IMG/VR virus record: IMGVR_UViG_3300042868_003477
Coordinates: 1,458-65,457 of that record
Strand: one strand, 5' to 3'
DNA length: 64,000 bases
From: a virus
Lineage: Duplodnaviria; Caudoviricetes
Shown: piece after piece, positions 54,564 through 64,000 of the stretch
Layout: every line of letters begins with the position of its first letter
How positions within the stretch are numbered: position 1 is the stretch's first letter
Notes under the pieces: model-generated
What the model was told of the DNA's origin: nothing
Seen by the model: the letters and a program-made list of their open reading frames with translations, nothing else
The model's database searches: none
Translations under genes and position numbers: made by a program

Positions 54564-56363
54564 TATTAATTCAATTACATAGCCTTGTTTTCTTAATTGT
54601 TCAATTTCCTTATCTGTTAACTCTGTTTCCATTACATTAGGTTGACCACCTAATTTTTTATTAATAGGTATATTTCTTAATAAATTTACAGCATCAATTG
54701 TTTTAGATGCTTTTAAAGGATTGTCAACATACTGTTTTTCTTTATCCATTAACCCTTGCATAGATTTACTTAGCCAGAATGGATTTTCAATTCTATTTAA
54801 TACATTGCTAACGGTCCGAGAACTTGAAGGTATCTTTGTATAAGGTATAAGGTCCATACCTGTAGTTACTGTTTTATCTAAAAAGTTTGCAGCATTTTCT
54901 CTTGTTGGATTATTTTTTAAAGTATTAAATTTATCATACAAGGCAGGAGTACTTAAAACAGCTGCAGCAGCAGCTTTTGATTTTAAAATATTATTAAGAG
55001 TTAAGTTTTTAGCAGCTGCCTGAAGTAAAGGATTACTTTGTTGTGTAGCATTTACTAAAGCAGCATTAGGTGCATCTAAAGCTTGATTAAAAGCTTTTAA
55101 AAAAGATTTAGAATCTTTTGTTACTTGTTTTACTTTAGGCATTAAATACTGAGCACCTTTAATAAACATTTTACTTCTACCCATACCAGTCATGTCTTCA
55201 GCTAATCCAGGAGTACCTGCTACGGGAGCAGGTAAAAATTCATTATATGGATTACCTCTATCTGTAATACCTATATCATAAGCAAGTGTCCTACCTATTT
55301 TTTCTAAAAAGTTTTTCTTATCCCAATCTTGTTTAGCTTTTCTATACTCAGCTACAGTTTCTCTAGGTGCATCTTTATTCATCTTAGGAGCTATTTGATT
55401 ATCAGGCTTATTATCAAAAGCTTTATTCATTTCTTTTGTAGTTAAATCTTCTACAGCAGATTCCCATTCACCATCATCATAGTCTCCATAGTTATCTCTT
55501 TGACTAGCTAACTTCTTTAAGTTTTCTTGTACTTTATCTTTATATTTAGTATAATTATCTTTACCTTCTACTCCAAAGTTTTTATCAAAGTTTTCTTGTC
55601 TTTTTTTATCTTCTGGAGATAATTTTTTTACAGTAGTATTTTGATTAGTATTTTGATAATTTAAATTTGGAGCTTCATCATTAGCTCTTCTCCAATCAGA
55701 ATTATCTTTTTTTACTTTTGCTGATTCAACTATTTTCTTTTGAGTTGTTCTCATAATTTTTTTCCAAGGATCATCACTACTGGCTCCTCCTTTTTGATAT
55801 TCTAAAGTAGGTATAGAAATATCTTCAACTATGTATCCACCATCTTTATATGCTTGGATTTCTTCATCAGTTAATTCTGTTTCAATATAGTCTTCATCTT
55901 GTTCACCACCATCTTGATAATACTTAGCTTTTGGATCAAATACTTTTCTTCTTTTATCCTTTGGTTTTTTAAATAGATAATTCTCAGTAAATAATCTATT
56001 AGTGGCATCTAAACTTCTAGAGTATGCTTTAGATGCTAAACCTTTATTACTAGGTTTTGGCATAGGAACTAATCCTTTCATATAACCTCCTCTTTTCATT
56101 TGTGGATATTCATCTACATAGTCTGCTTCTGGAAAGTTATATTCTTGACCTGGTTGCATCATCTGTGGTTGACCTACGTTAGGTTGAGCCCATACAGGAT
56201 AAGGAACACCTTGCATAGTAATATCATTACCTGGTATTCTTGTATTTTGTCCTGGATGTGCCCATTGACCCATAGGATCATAAATGATGTCTCTAGACTT
56301 AGAAGGAGCTTTTGCTTTGTTAAGCCCTCTTGTAGCTTGGGATAAAACTTTTTTATTACTCAT
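54561..56363 (-). CDS. virion cargo protein with GG motifs and duplicated ELTDxEI module
   Basis: ITMQGVPYPV...PGQEYNFP..VDEYP module; MKRGG, YQDGG, YQKGG, KKLGG; two ETELTDxEI..G(G)Y.(V/I)E copies. Confidence 0.75.
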   Translation of the reverse strand: MSNKKVLSQATRGLNKAKAPSKSRDIIYDPMGQWAHPGQNTRIPGNDITMQGVPYPVWAQPNVGQPQMMQPGQEYNFPEADYVDEYPQMKRGGYMKGLVPMPKPSNKGLASKAYSRSLDATNRLFTENYLFKKPKDKRRKVFDPKAKYYQDGGEQDEDYIETELTDEEIQAYKDGGYIVEDISIPTLEYQKGGASSDDPWKKIMRTTQKKIVESAKVKKDNSDWRRANDEAPNLNYQNTNQNTTVKKLSPEDKKRQENFDKNFGVEGKDNYTKYKDKVQENLKKLASQRDNYGDYDDGEWESAVEDLTTKEMNKAFDNKPDNQIAPKMNKDAPRETVAEYRKAKQDWDKKNFLEKIGRTLAYDIGITDRGNPYNEFLPAPVAGTPGLAEDMTGMGRSKMFIKGAQYLMPKVKQVTKDSKSFLKAFNQALDAPNAALVNATQQSNPLLQAAAKNLTLNNILKSKAAAAAVLSTPALYDKFNTLKNNPTRENAANFLDKTVTTGMDLIPYTKIPSSSRTVSNVLNRIENPFWLSKSMQGLMDKEKQYVDNPLKASKTIDAVNLLRNIPINKKLGGQPNVMETELTDKEIEQLRKQGYVIELI

Positions 56364-59300
56364 TATCTAAGAGATATTTGATTTTTAGAATTAATTAATT
56401 TTAGTATCATGTTTATATTACCTGATATATCTTTTCTTAAATATAAGAAATTTAAATAATTTCTGAATTTTTTTCTTTGCAATTGAACTTTTACAGCATC
56501 TAAGTTATTAGGATTAAGAATTTTAACATAACCATTAGGTTCTGTATTCCATAAATATTCTTGAGTATAATTACCTAGTAATTCAGTAGTACCTGGTACA
56601 AGCGGTCCTGTAGGAGGATAAGTAGAACCAATAGGAAATTCTCCACGGTCTTTAGTAATATCCCAGAACTGATTGAATCTATATTTATTCTCTTCTTTAG
56701 AAAATAAAATATCAAAACCAACAGATGCAGGTAAGTTAGGTTCAACAATAATTGAGTTGTTTAATTTAGGGTACTGTAGACTTAAAGTAATATTATTTTT
56801 TGGAAAGATGTTTAAGTTTAAATATCCAGAAACTTGTTCCATATTATAAACCACAGCTTTATCAAAATTAAAATCTAATACTTGAAATTGATCTACACAG
56901 TTATTAGGACTTCTTTTATAACATTCTAAAATGTATTCTACAGATTTTAATGTTGTAACACTTTGTCCGGTTGCAACTGGTACTTCAACTTCAAAAGGAT
57001 AATTTTTACCATAGTAATTACAATAAGCATCACATGCATAGTTATGTTTCCAGCCTGTATTATTTTTTGTAGTTAAAAAATATCCTTTAGTAGGTATAAC
57101 AAGATCAGGATGCCAGTCATGGAAACTAATCCAGAATTCATTCTTGGGGTCATAACTTATTGTCCAAGAAGCATCTTTAAATACAGCATTCTCTTCTAGC
57201 TTATATCTAGCACTCATGTTAATAGAACCATCTGGATTCTTAATAACAAAGAAGTCTCCTTGACCTTTTCTTAAAGTTACACCATTTACAATAGTTTTTC
57301 CCACTGTAACTAATGGTATGTATTCTAATTTACCTATATACTCTTCTCTTACTTCATAATCTTTTTTAGCAAAATATAATATAGAGTTTGTATTATCATA
57401 TACAGTTTGAATACCTATACCTGCTACTGGATTATCTTGCCAAGGATAGTCTGGAAAGTGTACTGTAAATTTATAAGATAAGAATAAATTAAACCACCAT
57501 TTTAAACCTATTTGTGAAATTTCTTTTAAACCTTCACCATAACTAAATATTTTACCTTGATTCTCAGACACATAGAATAATCCTGCAGGAGTATTAGATA
57601 TAGATAATCTATTTTGAGATGAACCATACTCATAAGGTTTATCAGCATTACTTACTGATTGACCTGGTTGAGAAAATAATCCACCATCTCCAATAGTAAT
57701 CTTAGTAGCTAAATCTGTCTGAAGTGTATCAACACCTTGGAACATCTGTGGACTATCGTTCTTAAATGTTATAAATAAACCTGACTTGTTAATTGATTTA
57801 ACACCAGATATTTGAGATTTAAACTCTCTATAGTTATTAGCCAAATATATAAACCAAGAATCTTTAAATGACTCATCTTGTTGTTGTAAAGAATAATATA
57901 TTCTATCTGGATAATAAGTATAACATAACTTAGCAACTTCAGGATCATAATATCTAGATTGTAAATTACCTGATGAAAAATATTGATTATATAACTTACT
58001 GATACTTAATGAGTAATCATATCTATACCAGTTACCTCTTGTAATATTTTCAGGATCTATATCAAACATTCTTGTTAAAGAAGTATAGTTATATGGGTTA
58101 TAGTTCTTTTCCCATTCATAGTCTCCAGCAATTCTAAAATCTACAAGTACATCAGACTCTACAAAGAAGTCTCTTACTGAAGAACATGCTAAATAGAAAT
58201 TAGCTTCTTTTGCTCTAAATACTCCTGGATAATTTACTTGATTAGGTTCTGTTTCATAATCATATTGATCATAATCTAGTCTATAAAATCTAGAAGGTAA
58301 CACACCAGCACCTGGTGTAGGATTTGAAAAGTTAGAAGGAGCTAACTCTGATATATCAAATGCTTTTGAATTAACAAAGAATCTTGGTCTTGGTATCATT
58401 TGATGAGTTTGATAGTTAAATTCAAAACCATCTGGTTGACCAAACAACCAATCATAAAAATAGAACATTGAATTTTTTTCAGTATATCTATTTACAAAAG
58501 TGTCACCGCCAAATAATATAGGAGTGGACTTAATTTTTTTAATCTTTATGTAAGTATTATCACAAGGAACATTTGATTGAAAAGATAAAGTATCATAATC
58601 AAATTTTTGTTCACAAGGTGTTATTGTAATTTGTTTAATACCTTTTAATTGACCATATTGATTTCTTATTCTAACTTTAAGACCTGCATAGTGACTAGCA
58701 ATAGGCATATCAAAATTAACATCTACTTGATCAAAAGTTGGAGCATCTACTCCTGAAGTAGTAATTATATTTAAAGAACTAGAATTTACTAAACCATTTT
58801 GAACTATATGACCAAGTGTTGTTAATGATTGATCTACATAACTTACACCAGTTGGTTCAGTAATATAGTTTGGACCTATCACTCCATTTTGATAAAAGCT
58901 TTGGGGAACATTTGGTCCACCAGAAGTTCTTACTACTACAGTATCTGATCTTTTAAGATTATTAATACTATAATTAAAAAAACCTGTATTTTGAATGTTT
59001 TGATAAGAAGGTACTTGTTGTATATTATCTCTTATGTAAAAACTATCATTAATCTTAAATCTATACAAACCATTAGTTGCATTATTCTTTCTCATATCTC
59101 CATAGAAGCCATGTGCTATCATTTGTAATGCAAATTGATCAAATGGTATTAAAGCTCTAATTAAATCAATTGTTACATTGGCCCCTTCTGAAAAATAATA
59201 TAGTAATTGATTAGCTGCTTGTGCAAAACCAATAGGTCCTAAGTATGCAAAATCAGGAACTGTTTGTGTATAAGAATCACCCGATACACTTGCACCACCT

Positions 59301-61942
59301 ACTGAAATTGGATACGTCATAAAACCTGCTAGTGTATTATTTATAGTAGTTAAATTAGGTGTAAGACCAGTAAAAGCTGAAGCTAATGCATCAACAAAAG
59401 AAGCACCTGAATTAAAGTAAGAATTTAATGCTCCATTATAACCTACTGCAAAAGGTATTGGTGGTATAATTGGTGCAGGTAAAACAAAAGGGAATGTTGT
59501 ATATGCTTGTTGTGCAAGTCCAGCACCTGTTAATTGAGCAAGATAACCAGGGTCTGTTGGAGAAGGACCTCCAGCAGCGTAACCAGGAGAAGTATAATTA
59601 GGAGAATTAATTGAGATCTTACCACTCATAGATATTATGGCTTCTATTAGACCACCTAAGAAAGCTGGTATTAAAGCTAAGTCAGCAATTAACTTAAACT
59701 GAGGATGTTTGTTAGGTTCTATAAATTGTTGATTACTAGTACCTCTTAAGTATCCATATAGTTTTAATTCAGTAGATGATAAGAATGGTGTATTAAACAT
59801 AGTATCCGGAGAATGGAAACTTACCATATCTAATGGAACTCTTTGATCTAATACTTTATCATTGTATTTAACACCATCATCTGTATCTGGTATTCTAATA
59901 TAAGGATCCATAAATGGTCTATTATGATCATTTCCGGTACCTGTATTATAAAAACCATTAATAGTATTAAAAGGATAGTTAGCATACAAGCCTGTAGTAC
60001 GAGCTGTATTATTTTGTACTTGTCCTTGTACTTCATATGTTCTAAAGTTATTTAACATACCTTTAGCAATAATAGACTTGTTCCCTTCTCGGGAACCTCT
60101 TAATATTTCATAACCTACTATACCTGGAATATCATTACCATCATTATCTTTTGGATATGAAATATTTTCAAAGTATACTCCCATTAATCTAATCTTTAAT
60201 TCATTAGGTTTATAAGCAGAAGCAGTTTTAAAATGATTAGTAACTGACGGAACAACTGTATTTCCTGGATCTGTCATATTATCTGGAAACTTATGATGTC
60301 TAATATTTAAACCACATAAATCATATTCATATGAAGATTTAGGTAATCCTGTTATAGGATCAATAGGAACTCCTGTCCAACAATAATTACTAGAATTCCA
60401 TATATCAGGTCTATTATCTGGATATTCTTCAGTAGATTGCCAATAGGCCATATCACCAACCCCAACAATTTTACCTCCATCATTAAGTATAGTATTTACT
60501 AAAGGATTTGGTACAAGATCAACTGAAGCTGTATTAGTTACTTCAAATATTTTATCATCTATTGTTAATGCATTAGTAGTTGTATCTTGAGAATATTCCC
60601 AAGTAGTACTATTAATTTGTTTAGGAGCTCTTCCTGGAATATGATATGATGCAGACTTATCCCCTGTATCATAAACCCAACGGATAAAGAAGGTATATAC
60701 TTCATCTCTTAAATAATTTCCTTTACCGCCTCCTTTTACATAATAATCTGCAGGATATTCTACTGAAGCCCACTTAGCTTTAATAAGATTAGCTAATGGT
60801 TGATAATTAAAATCAAACTTAGATGTAGGACCTACTCTTAACAAGTAATTGTTTACTTCAGTCATTTGATCTGATTTTTCAATAACAGGAGTTTGTATTG
60901 GTAAAAATCTTAAAGGAACAGATACAGTATCTTCTTTAATTTGATCAAGAGCAATTCTATTTGTTTTTGTAGAATAAATTCCTATTTGTTTTGCTACAGT
61001 ACCTTGATTAATATTTTGTACTACTACTAATACAAACTCTTCAAAGTTTGAATCATCAGCTTCTATATCAATTGTTAATGATCCTTGTAAATCATTTGGA
61101 TACCAAATAGGTTGTGTATTGCTTGGAGAAAAATAGTCAGTTACTTTTTGTCCTTTAATTGTATAAGCAATTGTAGCAAAGTAAGTACCATTTCTTAAAG
61201 TACCTCCTTGATTACCTAAAGACATTTTAAGACATGGTGTTTTTACTAGTCTTGCTAATCTTGTATGATCACAATCTAAAATATTTAAAAGAGATGTAAA
61301 AACACAGTCTGTACTATTTGAAACTTTTTCTTTCCATTGAACACCTGGCCATAGTAGTTGTTGTGTACCATTAGAATAGAAGTTCATTGTAGTTGAACCT
61401 CCTCCTAACCAAGTATAATCTGAAGTAGGCCAAGTTTGCGGATCCCCTACATTTAAATATCTATCTGGATTTAAACCATCAGCCCAATATACTTGCCATG
61501 TGCAATCTTCTTTTTCTCTTGATGCTCCTGATATAAGATATCTTTTGTCAAAACCTAAACAGGCATCTTGTACAATAGGTCTATATGTACATTGATTTTC
61601 TTCAAATAAACCTATCTCAGACATTCTAGGTTGTCCAGAAATATTATGACCTGCTGTAAATATTAACCATTTATCTGAAAACATTTGAATAGCACCCATT
61701 ATATGTCTAGTAACAACAGCATTAACACCAGTAGTTGGCATAGTACTTCCTGTAGTAAAACATAAAAAGTTAGCAGCTTCATTAGATAATGTACCTAAGT
61801 CTCCTTCAAATGTATTATTTACTGCATTACGAGCATGTGACCACATACCTTCTTGTACATAAGAAGGATCTGAATCTTTATTAAGGCCTTTTATAAAACT
61901 GTTGTTAACAGTTTGACCCGTGTTTTGAATATCCTTTGCCAT
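56363..61942 (-). CDS. tail muzzle / tail-stabilisation protein (P22 gp10-like)
   Basis: N-terminal F.KGLNKDSDP...W.HARN...G.LSNE; GGDTFVNRY; WTISY...WISFHDWHPD; beta-rich 1859 aa directly after the ring proteins. Confidence 0.8.
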   Translation of the reverse strand: MAKDIQNTGQTVNNSFIKGLNKDSDPSYVQEGMWSHARNAVNNTFEGDLGTLSNEAANFLCFTTGSTMPTTGVNAVVTRHIMGAIQMFSDKWLIFTAGHNISGQPRMSEIGLFEENQCTYRPIVQDACLGFDKRYLISGASREKEDCTWQVYWADGLNPDRYLNVGDPQTWPTSDYTWLGGGSTTMNFYSNGTQQLLWPGVQWKEKVSNSTDCVFTSLLNILDCDHTRLARLVKTPCLKMSLGNQGGTLRNGTYFATIAYTIKGQKVTDYFSPSNTQPIWYPNDLQGSLTIDIEADDSNFEEFVLVVVQNINQGTVAKQIGIYSTKTNRIALDQIKEDTVSVPLRFLPIQTPVIEKSDQMTEVNNYLLRVGPTSKFDFNYQPLANLIKAKWASVEYPADYYVKGGGKGNYLRDEVYTFFIRWVYDTGDKSASYHIPGRAPKQINSTTWEYSQDTTTNALTIDDKIFEVTNTASVDLVPNPLVNTILNDGGKIVGVGDMAYWQSTEEYPDNRPDIWNSSNYCWTGVPIDPITGLPKSSYEYDLCGLNIRHHKFPDNMTDPGNTVVPSVTNHFKTASAYKPNELKIRLMGVYFENISYPKDNDGNDIPGIVGYEILRGSREGNKSIIAKGMLNNFRTYEVQGQVQNNTARTTGLYANYPFNTINGFYNTGTGNDHNRPFMDPYIRIPDTDDGVKYNDKVLDQRVPLDMVSFHSPDTMFNTPFLSSTELKLYGYLRGTSNQQFIEPNKHPQFKLIADLALIPAFLGGLIEAIISMSGKISINSPNYTSPGYAAGGPSPTDPGYLAQLTGAGLAQQAYTTFPFVLPAPIIPPIPFAVGYNGALNSYFNSGASFVDALASAFTGLTPNLTTINNTLAGFMTYPISVGGASVSGDSYTQTVPDFAYLGPIGFAQAANQLLYYFSEGANVTIDLIRALIPFDQFALQMIAHGFYGDMRKNNATNGLYRFKINDSFYIRDNIQQVPSYQNIQNTGFFNYSINNLKRSDTVVVRTSGGPNVPQSFYQNGVIGPNYITEPTGVSYVDQSLTTLGHIVQNGLVNSSSLNIITTSGVDAPTFDQVDVNFDMPIASHYAGLKVRIRNQYGQLKGIKQITITPCEQKFDYDTLSFQSNVPCDNTYIKIKKIKSTPILFGGDTFVNRYTEKNSMFYFYDWLFGQPDGFEFNYQTHQMIPRPRFFVNSKAFDISELAPSNFSNPTPGAGVLPSRFYRLDYDQYDYETEPNQVNYPGVFRAKEANFYLACSSVRDFFVESDVLVDFRIAGDYEWEKNYNPYNYTSLTRMFDIDPENITRGNWYRYDYSLSISKLYNQYFSSGNLQSRYYDPEVAKLCYTYYPDRIYYSLQQQDESFKDSWFIYLANNYREFKSQISGVKSINKSGLFITFKNDSPQMFQGVDTLQTDLATKITIGDGGLFSQPGQSVSNADKPYEYGSSQNRLSISNTPAGLFYVSENQGKIFSYGEGLKEISQIGLKWWFNLFLSYKFTVHFPDYPWQDNPVAGIGIQTVYDNTNSILYFAKKDYEVREEYIGKLEYIPLVTVGKTIVNGVTLRKGQGDFFVIKNPDGSINMSARYKLEENAVFKDASWTISYDPKNEFWISFHDWHPDLVIPTKGYFLTTKNNTGWKHNYACDAYCNYYGKNYPFEVEVPVATGQSVTTLKSVEYILECYKRSPNNCVDQFQVLDFNFDKAVVYNMEQVSGYLNLNIFPKNNITLSLQYPKLNNSIIVEPNLPASVGFDILFSKEENKYRFNQFWDITKDRGEFPIGSTYPPTGPLVPGTTELLGNYTQEYLWNTEPNGYVKILNPNNLDAVKVQLQRKKFRNYLNFLYLRKDISGNINMILKLINSKNQISLR

Positions 61943-62988
61943 TATCTTACATTAGTATTTGACATTGCTCTGTATAAACTATTGTTAGGAGAATAACTTT
62001 TAAACATGTCATAGTATTTACTATACTGTGCTCTTCTATTAGTCCACCATAGTTTTTCCATTTCTTTAAAGTTTGGAGTATTAACCAAACTTAATGCATT
62101 ATTTCTTGCAGTTTTAGTTCTTTGTTCTACTAGTTGCATTCTTTGAGCTACATCTTCACCATTTAAAAATAGGTTTTCCATAATTCTTTGTTTTAATGCA
62201 TACTCATAATATTCATTAAGAAGATCATGATCTGGAACAAGTAGTTCTCCATTCTCATTAGTCATTTCTCCTTGATAGTTTAAGTATACACGACCTGTTT
62301 CAAAATTAGTAAAAAGAAAACCTCCTTTAAGCCAACCTTCATCTCTAGTATTATAGTGTATATTTGGACAGTCACAATGTATTTCTTGTGATTGTCTCAT
62401 TCTTAAAGGTCTAAGATTTCTAAAAGTTCTTGTAGCACCTGTTCTTACTATTTGAATTAACTCATACTTATCTCCTTTACAGTTCATAAATACTCTTGGT
62501 CTAATACAAGTATCTCCATAAGGACTGTTAGGATCAAATTCTGTAGGAATATAATTTTGAGGAGGTCTTACACTACCTTCACAAGCTGCTGTGTTATTAC
62601 ATGGATTATGATTACATGTTGAACAGTTTACTGTTGGAATAGCACATGTGTCTACGGTAGCAGGGACTTCTACATAAGGTACTTCTTGTATATTAGTTCC
62701 TCCAGCCATTCCATCATAACCTACATTCTCTGTGTATTCACCACAAATTAATGCATGGTTAAATACATAAAAATCATCTGGTAACTTTACTCTACCATGA
62801 CATACTTCTAATACAACCTCTCTAGTTTGATTAATTCTTAAACCCAAGTCATAATTAATTTTTTTAACTAACTTAATTAATTGTTGGGGCTCAATCATAT
62901 TCTCAAGAGCAAATGTATTTAAGTCAATAGTAACATCTTCCAGCAACTGGTCAAATGTTCTATAGCGGAGTGTATAATTAAAATCCAT
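61942..62988 (-). CDS. tail ring / tubular protein (P22 gp4-like)
   Basis: KLPDDF, F.TNFETGRVYLNY.G...ENGELLVPD...YYEYAL; position before the muzzle gene. Confidence 0.7.
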   Translation of the reverse strand: MDFNYTLRYRTFDQLLEDVTIDLNTFALENMIEPQQLIKLVKKINYDLGLRINQTREVVLEVCHGRVKLPDDFYVFNHALICGEYTENVGYDGMAGGTNIQEVPYVEVPATVDTCAIPTVNCSTCNHNPCNNTAACEGSVRPPQNYIPTEFDPNSPYGDTCIRPRVFMNCKGDKYELIQIVRTGATRTFRNLRPLRMRQSQEIHCDCPNIHYNTRDEGWLKGGFLFTNFETGRVYLNYQGEMTNENGELLVPDHDLLNEYYEYALKQRIMENLFLNGEDVAQRMQLVEQRTKTARNNALSLVNTPNFKEMEKLWWTNRRAQYSKYYDMFKSYSPNNSLYRAMSNTNVR

Positions 62989-63650
62989 TATCTTAAAGTA
63001 TTTTGACCATCATCAGGACCATCTGTTGGTATCTGTAAAGTCATAGTTAATTCTTTTATTACAAATTGTTCTACCTCAGAAAATAAATATTCAGGTAAAA
63101 CAAAAGCATCATCTTGTCTAAGAGTACATGGATCTGTATCACATGTCTCTAAAACACCATCAAAGATTGCTTCAATTCTAATGGCATCCCAATCAATATT
63201 AGGACAGTAAATGTATCCATTAAGATACCAGAAGTAAGGTCTTTTATTATATTTAAATGTAGTAGACTTAGTTATAGATATCCAAGTTCCCGGATCTGTA
63301 CGGAACATTTCTATAGAACCATCTATAGAAGATGTAGTACGGATAATAGGACCAAACATACCGTTTAGTATATTAGGTAATTTATCTTTAGATCTTTTAA
63401 AGTAACATTCTGAGTAAACACCAACACAACCAGCTTCAACTTTGTCTACATCTATAAGTTCTACATAAGGTAGTACTTTAAAGATCTGACTCATCTTCAT
63501 TAACCTGAATTGATTGTCTTCTCTTTTAATTAAAGTCTGAGCATATTTTATCAGAGAAAAGTAAATAGTTCTATCAGTTAAGAAAGGATCTTCCTTAACA
63601 GCTTTAAGTGTATTTCTTACTCTTGATATTGCTTCTCCTATTGTTGTCAT
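62988..63650 (-). CDS. tail ring protein
   Basis: MTTIGEAISRVRN..K...D..LTDR.IY N-terminal helices; YFWYLNGYIY; structural context. Confidence 0.65.
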   Translation of the reverse strand: MTTIGEAISRVRNTLKAVKEDPFLTDRTIYFSLIKYAQTLIKREDNQFRLMKMSQIFKVLPYVELIDVDKVEAGCVGVYSECYFKRSKDKLPNILNGMFGPIIRTTSSIDGSIEMFRTDPGTWISITKSTTFKYNKRPYFWYLNGYIYCPNIDWDAIRIEAIFDGVLETCDTDPCTLRQDDAFVLPEYLFSEVEQFVIKELTMTLQIPTDGPDDGQNTLR

Positions 63651-64000
63651 AAGTCAAATTCATTATATGTTTCCAAAGCCTTGTTTGTTTTCTTTTGCAT
63701 AAAATCTCTATAAGATGCTTTAGTTACTTCTTTGTTATATTGAGAATGTAATCTTACTGTTGGATCAACTGCAATATACATTTGCCAATTCTCAGAGTAA
63801 GTCTTAGCTACCGTTCTTTTAAAGTTTCTACAAGCTGTAAATCCCCAAAACTCTCTATTCTGTATTTTTATTTTTGGAGCAAAACTGCTATAAAAAATCT
63901 TAGCTAATTTACCATCAGATTCCCAATTTTTATTAGACACTTTTACTCCATACTTATGTGACTTAGCAAAGTCAACATTTTCTTTTTTACTTTGGTGACA
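63647..64000 (-). CDS. IHF/HU-like protein of crAss-like tail module (5' end beyond window)
   Basis: Frame is open from base 64000 (CHQSKKENVDFAKSHKYGVKVSNKNWESDG...FTACRNFKRTVAK); position upstream of the ring genes. Confidence 0.55.
   Translation of the reverse strand, partial: CHQSKKENVDFAKSHKYGVKVSNKNWESDGKLAKIFYSSFAPKIKIQNREFWGFTACRNFKRTVAKTYSENWQMYIAVDPTVRLHSQYNKEVTKASYRDFMQKKTNKALETYNEFDL

Larger units (their letters stand above)
1..64000. other. crAss-like (Crassvirales-type) phage genome segment: replication arm (+) convergent with virion/cargo arm (-)
   Basis: Gene set and order (PolB, DnaB, primase, MoxR/VWA; IHF-like, ring proteins, muzzle, giant cargo proteins, virion RNAP with DFDxD) match known crAss-like genomes; Bacteroidetes-type TAnnTTTG promoter elements; no host housekeeping genes. 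Confidence 0.9.

Noticed and set aside
26104-60036. Short + strand or alternate-frame ORFs inside the giant minus-strand genes
   Set aside because: Shadow ORFs with no independent start signals or motifs.
1-64000. Stop-codon reassignment (TAG or TGA), as in some crAss-like phages
   Set aside because: Genes up to 9.7 kb are intact in the standard code; TAG (1396, 18075) and TGA end genes at sensible boundaries; both split genes break at TAA and are explained by introns.
1-64000. tRNA genes, CRISPR arrays, integrase, DGR reverse transcriptase, inteins
   Set aside because: No cloverleaf, spaced repeat array, or corresponding protein motifs were seen; intergenic gaps are short. A tRNAscan/Infernal run would be needed to exclude small RNAs fully.

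Overview
AT-rich segment of a crAss-like (Crassvirales-type, Bacteroidetes-infecting) phage genome read in the standard genetic code. Bases 1-22.6 kb form a + strand replication/metabolism arm. It carries uracil-DNA glycosylase and a MoxR AAA+ ATPase (each split by a group I intron with a homing endonuclease in the P1 loop), DnaB helicase, Sak4-like ATPase, SSB-like protein, primase, VWA-metallopeptidase, PD-(D/E)XK nuclease, family B DNA polymerase and a MazG-like pyrophosphatase. Bases 22.6-64 kb form a convergent - strand virion arm with an IHF-like protein, two tail ring proteins, a muzzle/tail-stabilisation protein, three low-complexity GG-motif cargo proteins and four large cargo proteins, including a 3249-aa single-subunit virion RNA polymerase. 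The most striking unexplained signal is in the ejected cargo. Three consecutive giant proteins (about 7150 aa in total) have only four cysteines, all at adjoining termini, and three upstream proteins share matching acidic C-terminal and basic N-terminal modules. Together these suggest head-to-tail chaining of cargo for ordered packaging or ejection. All family assignments come from motif recognition by eye; no database searches were run.
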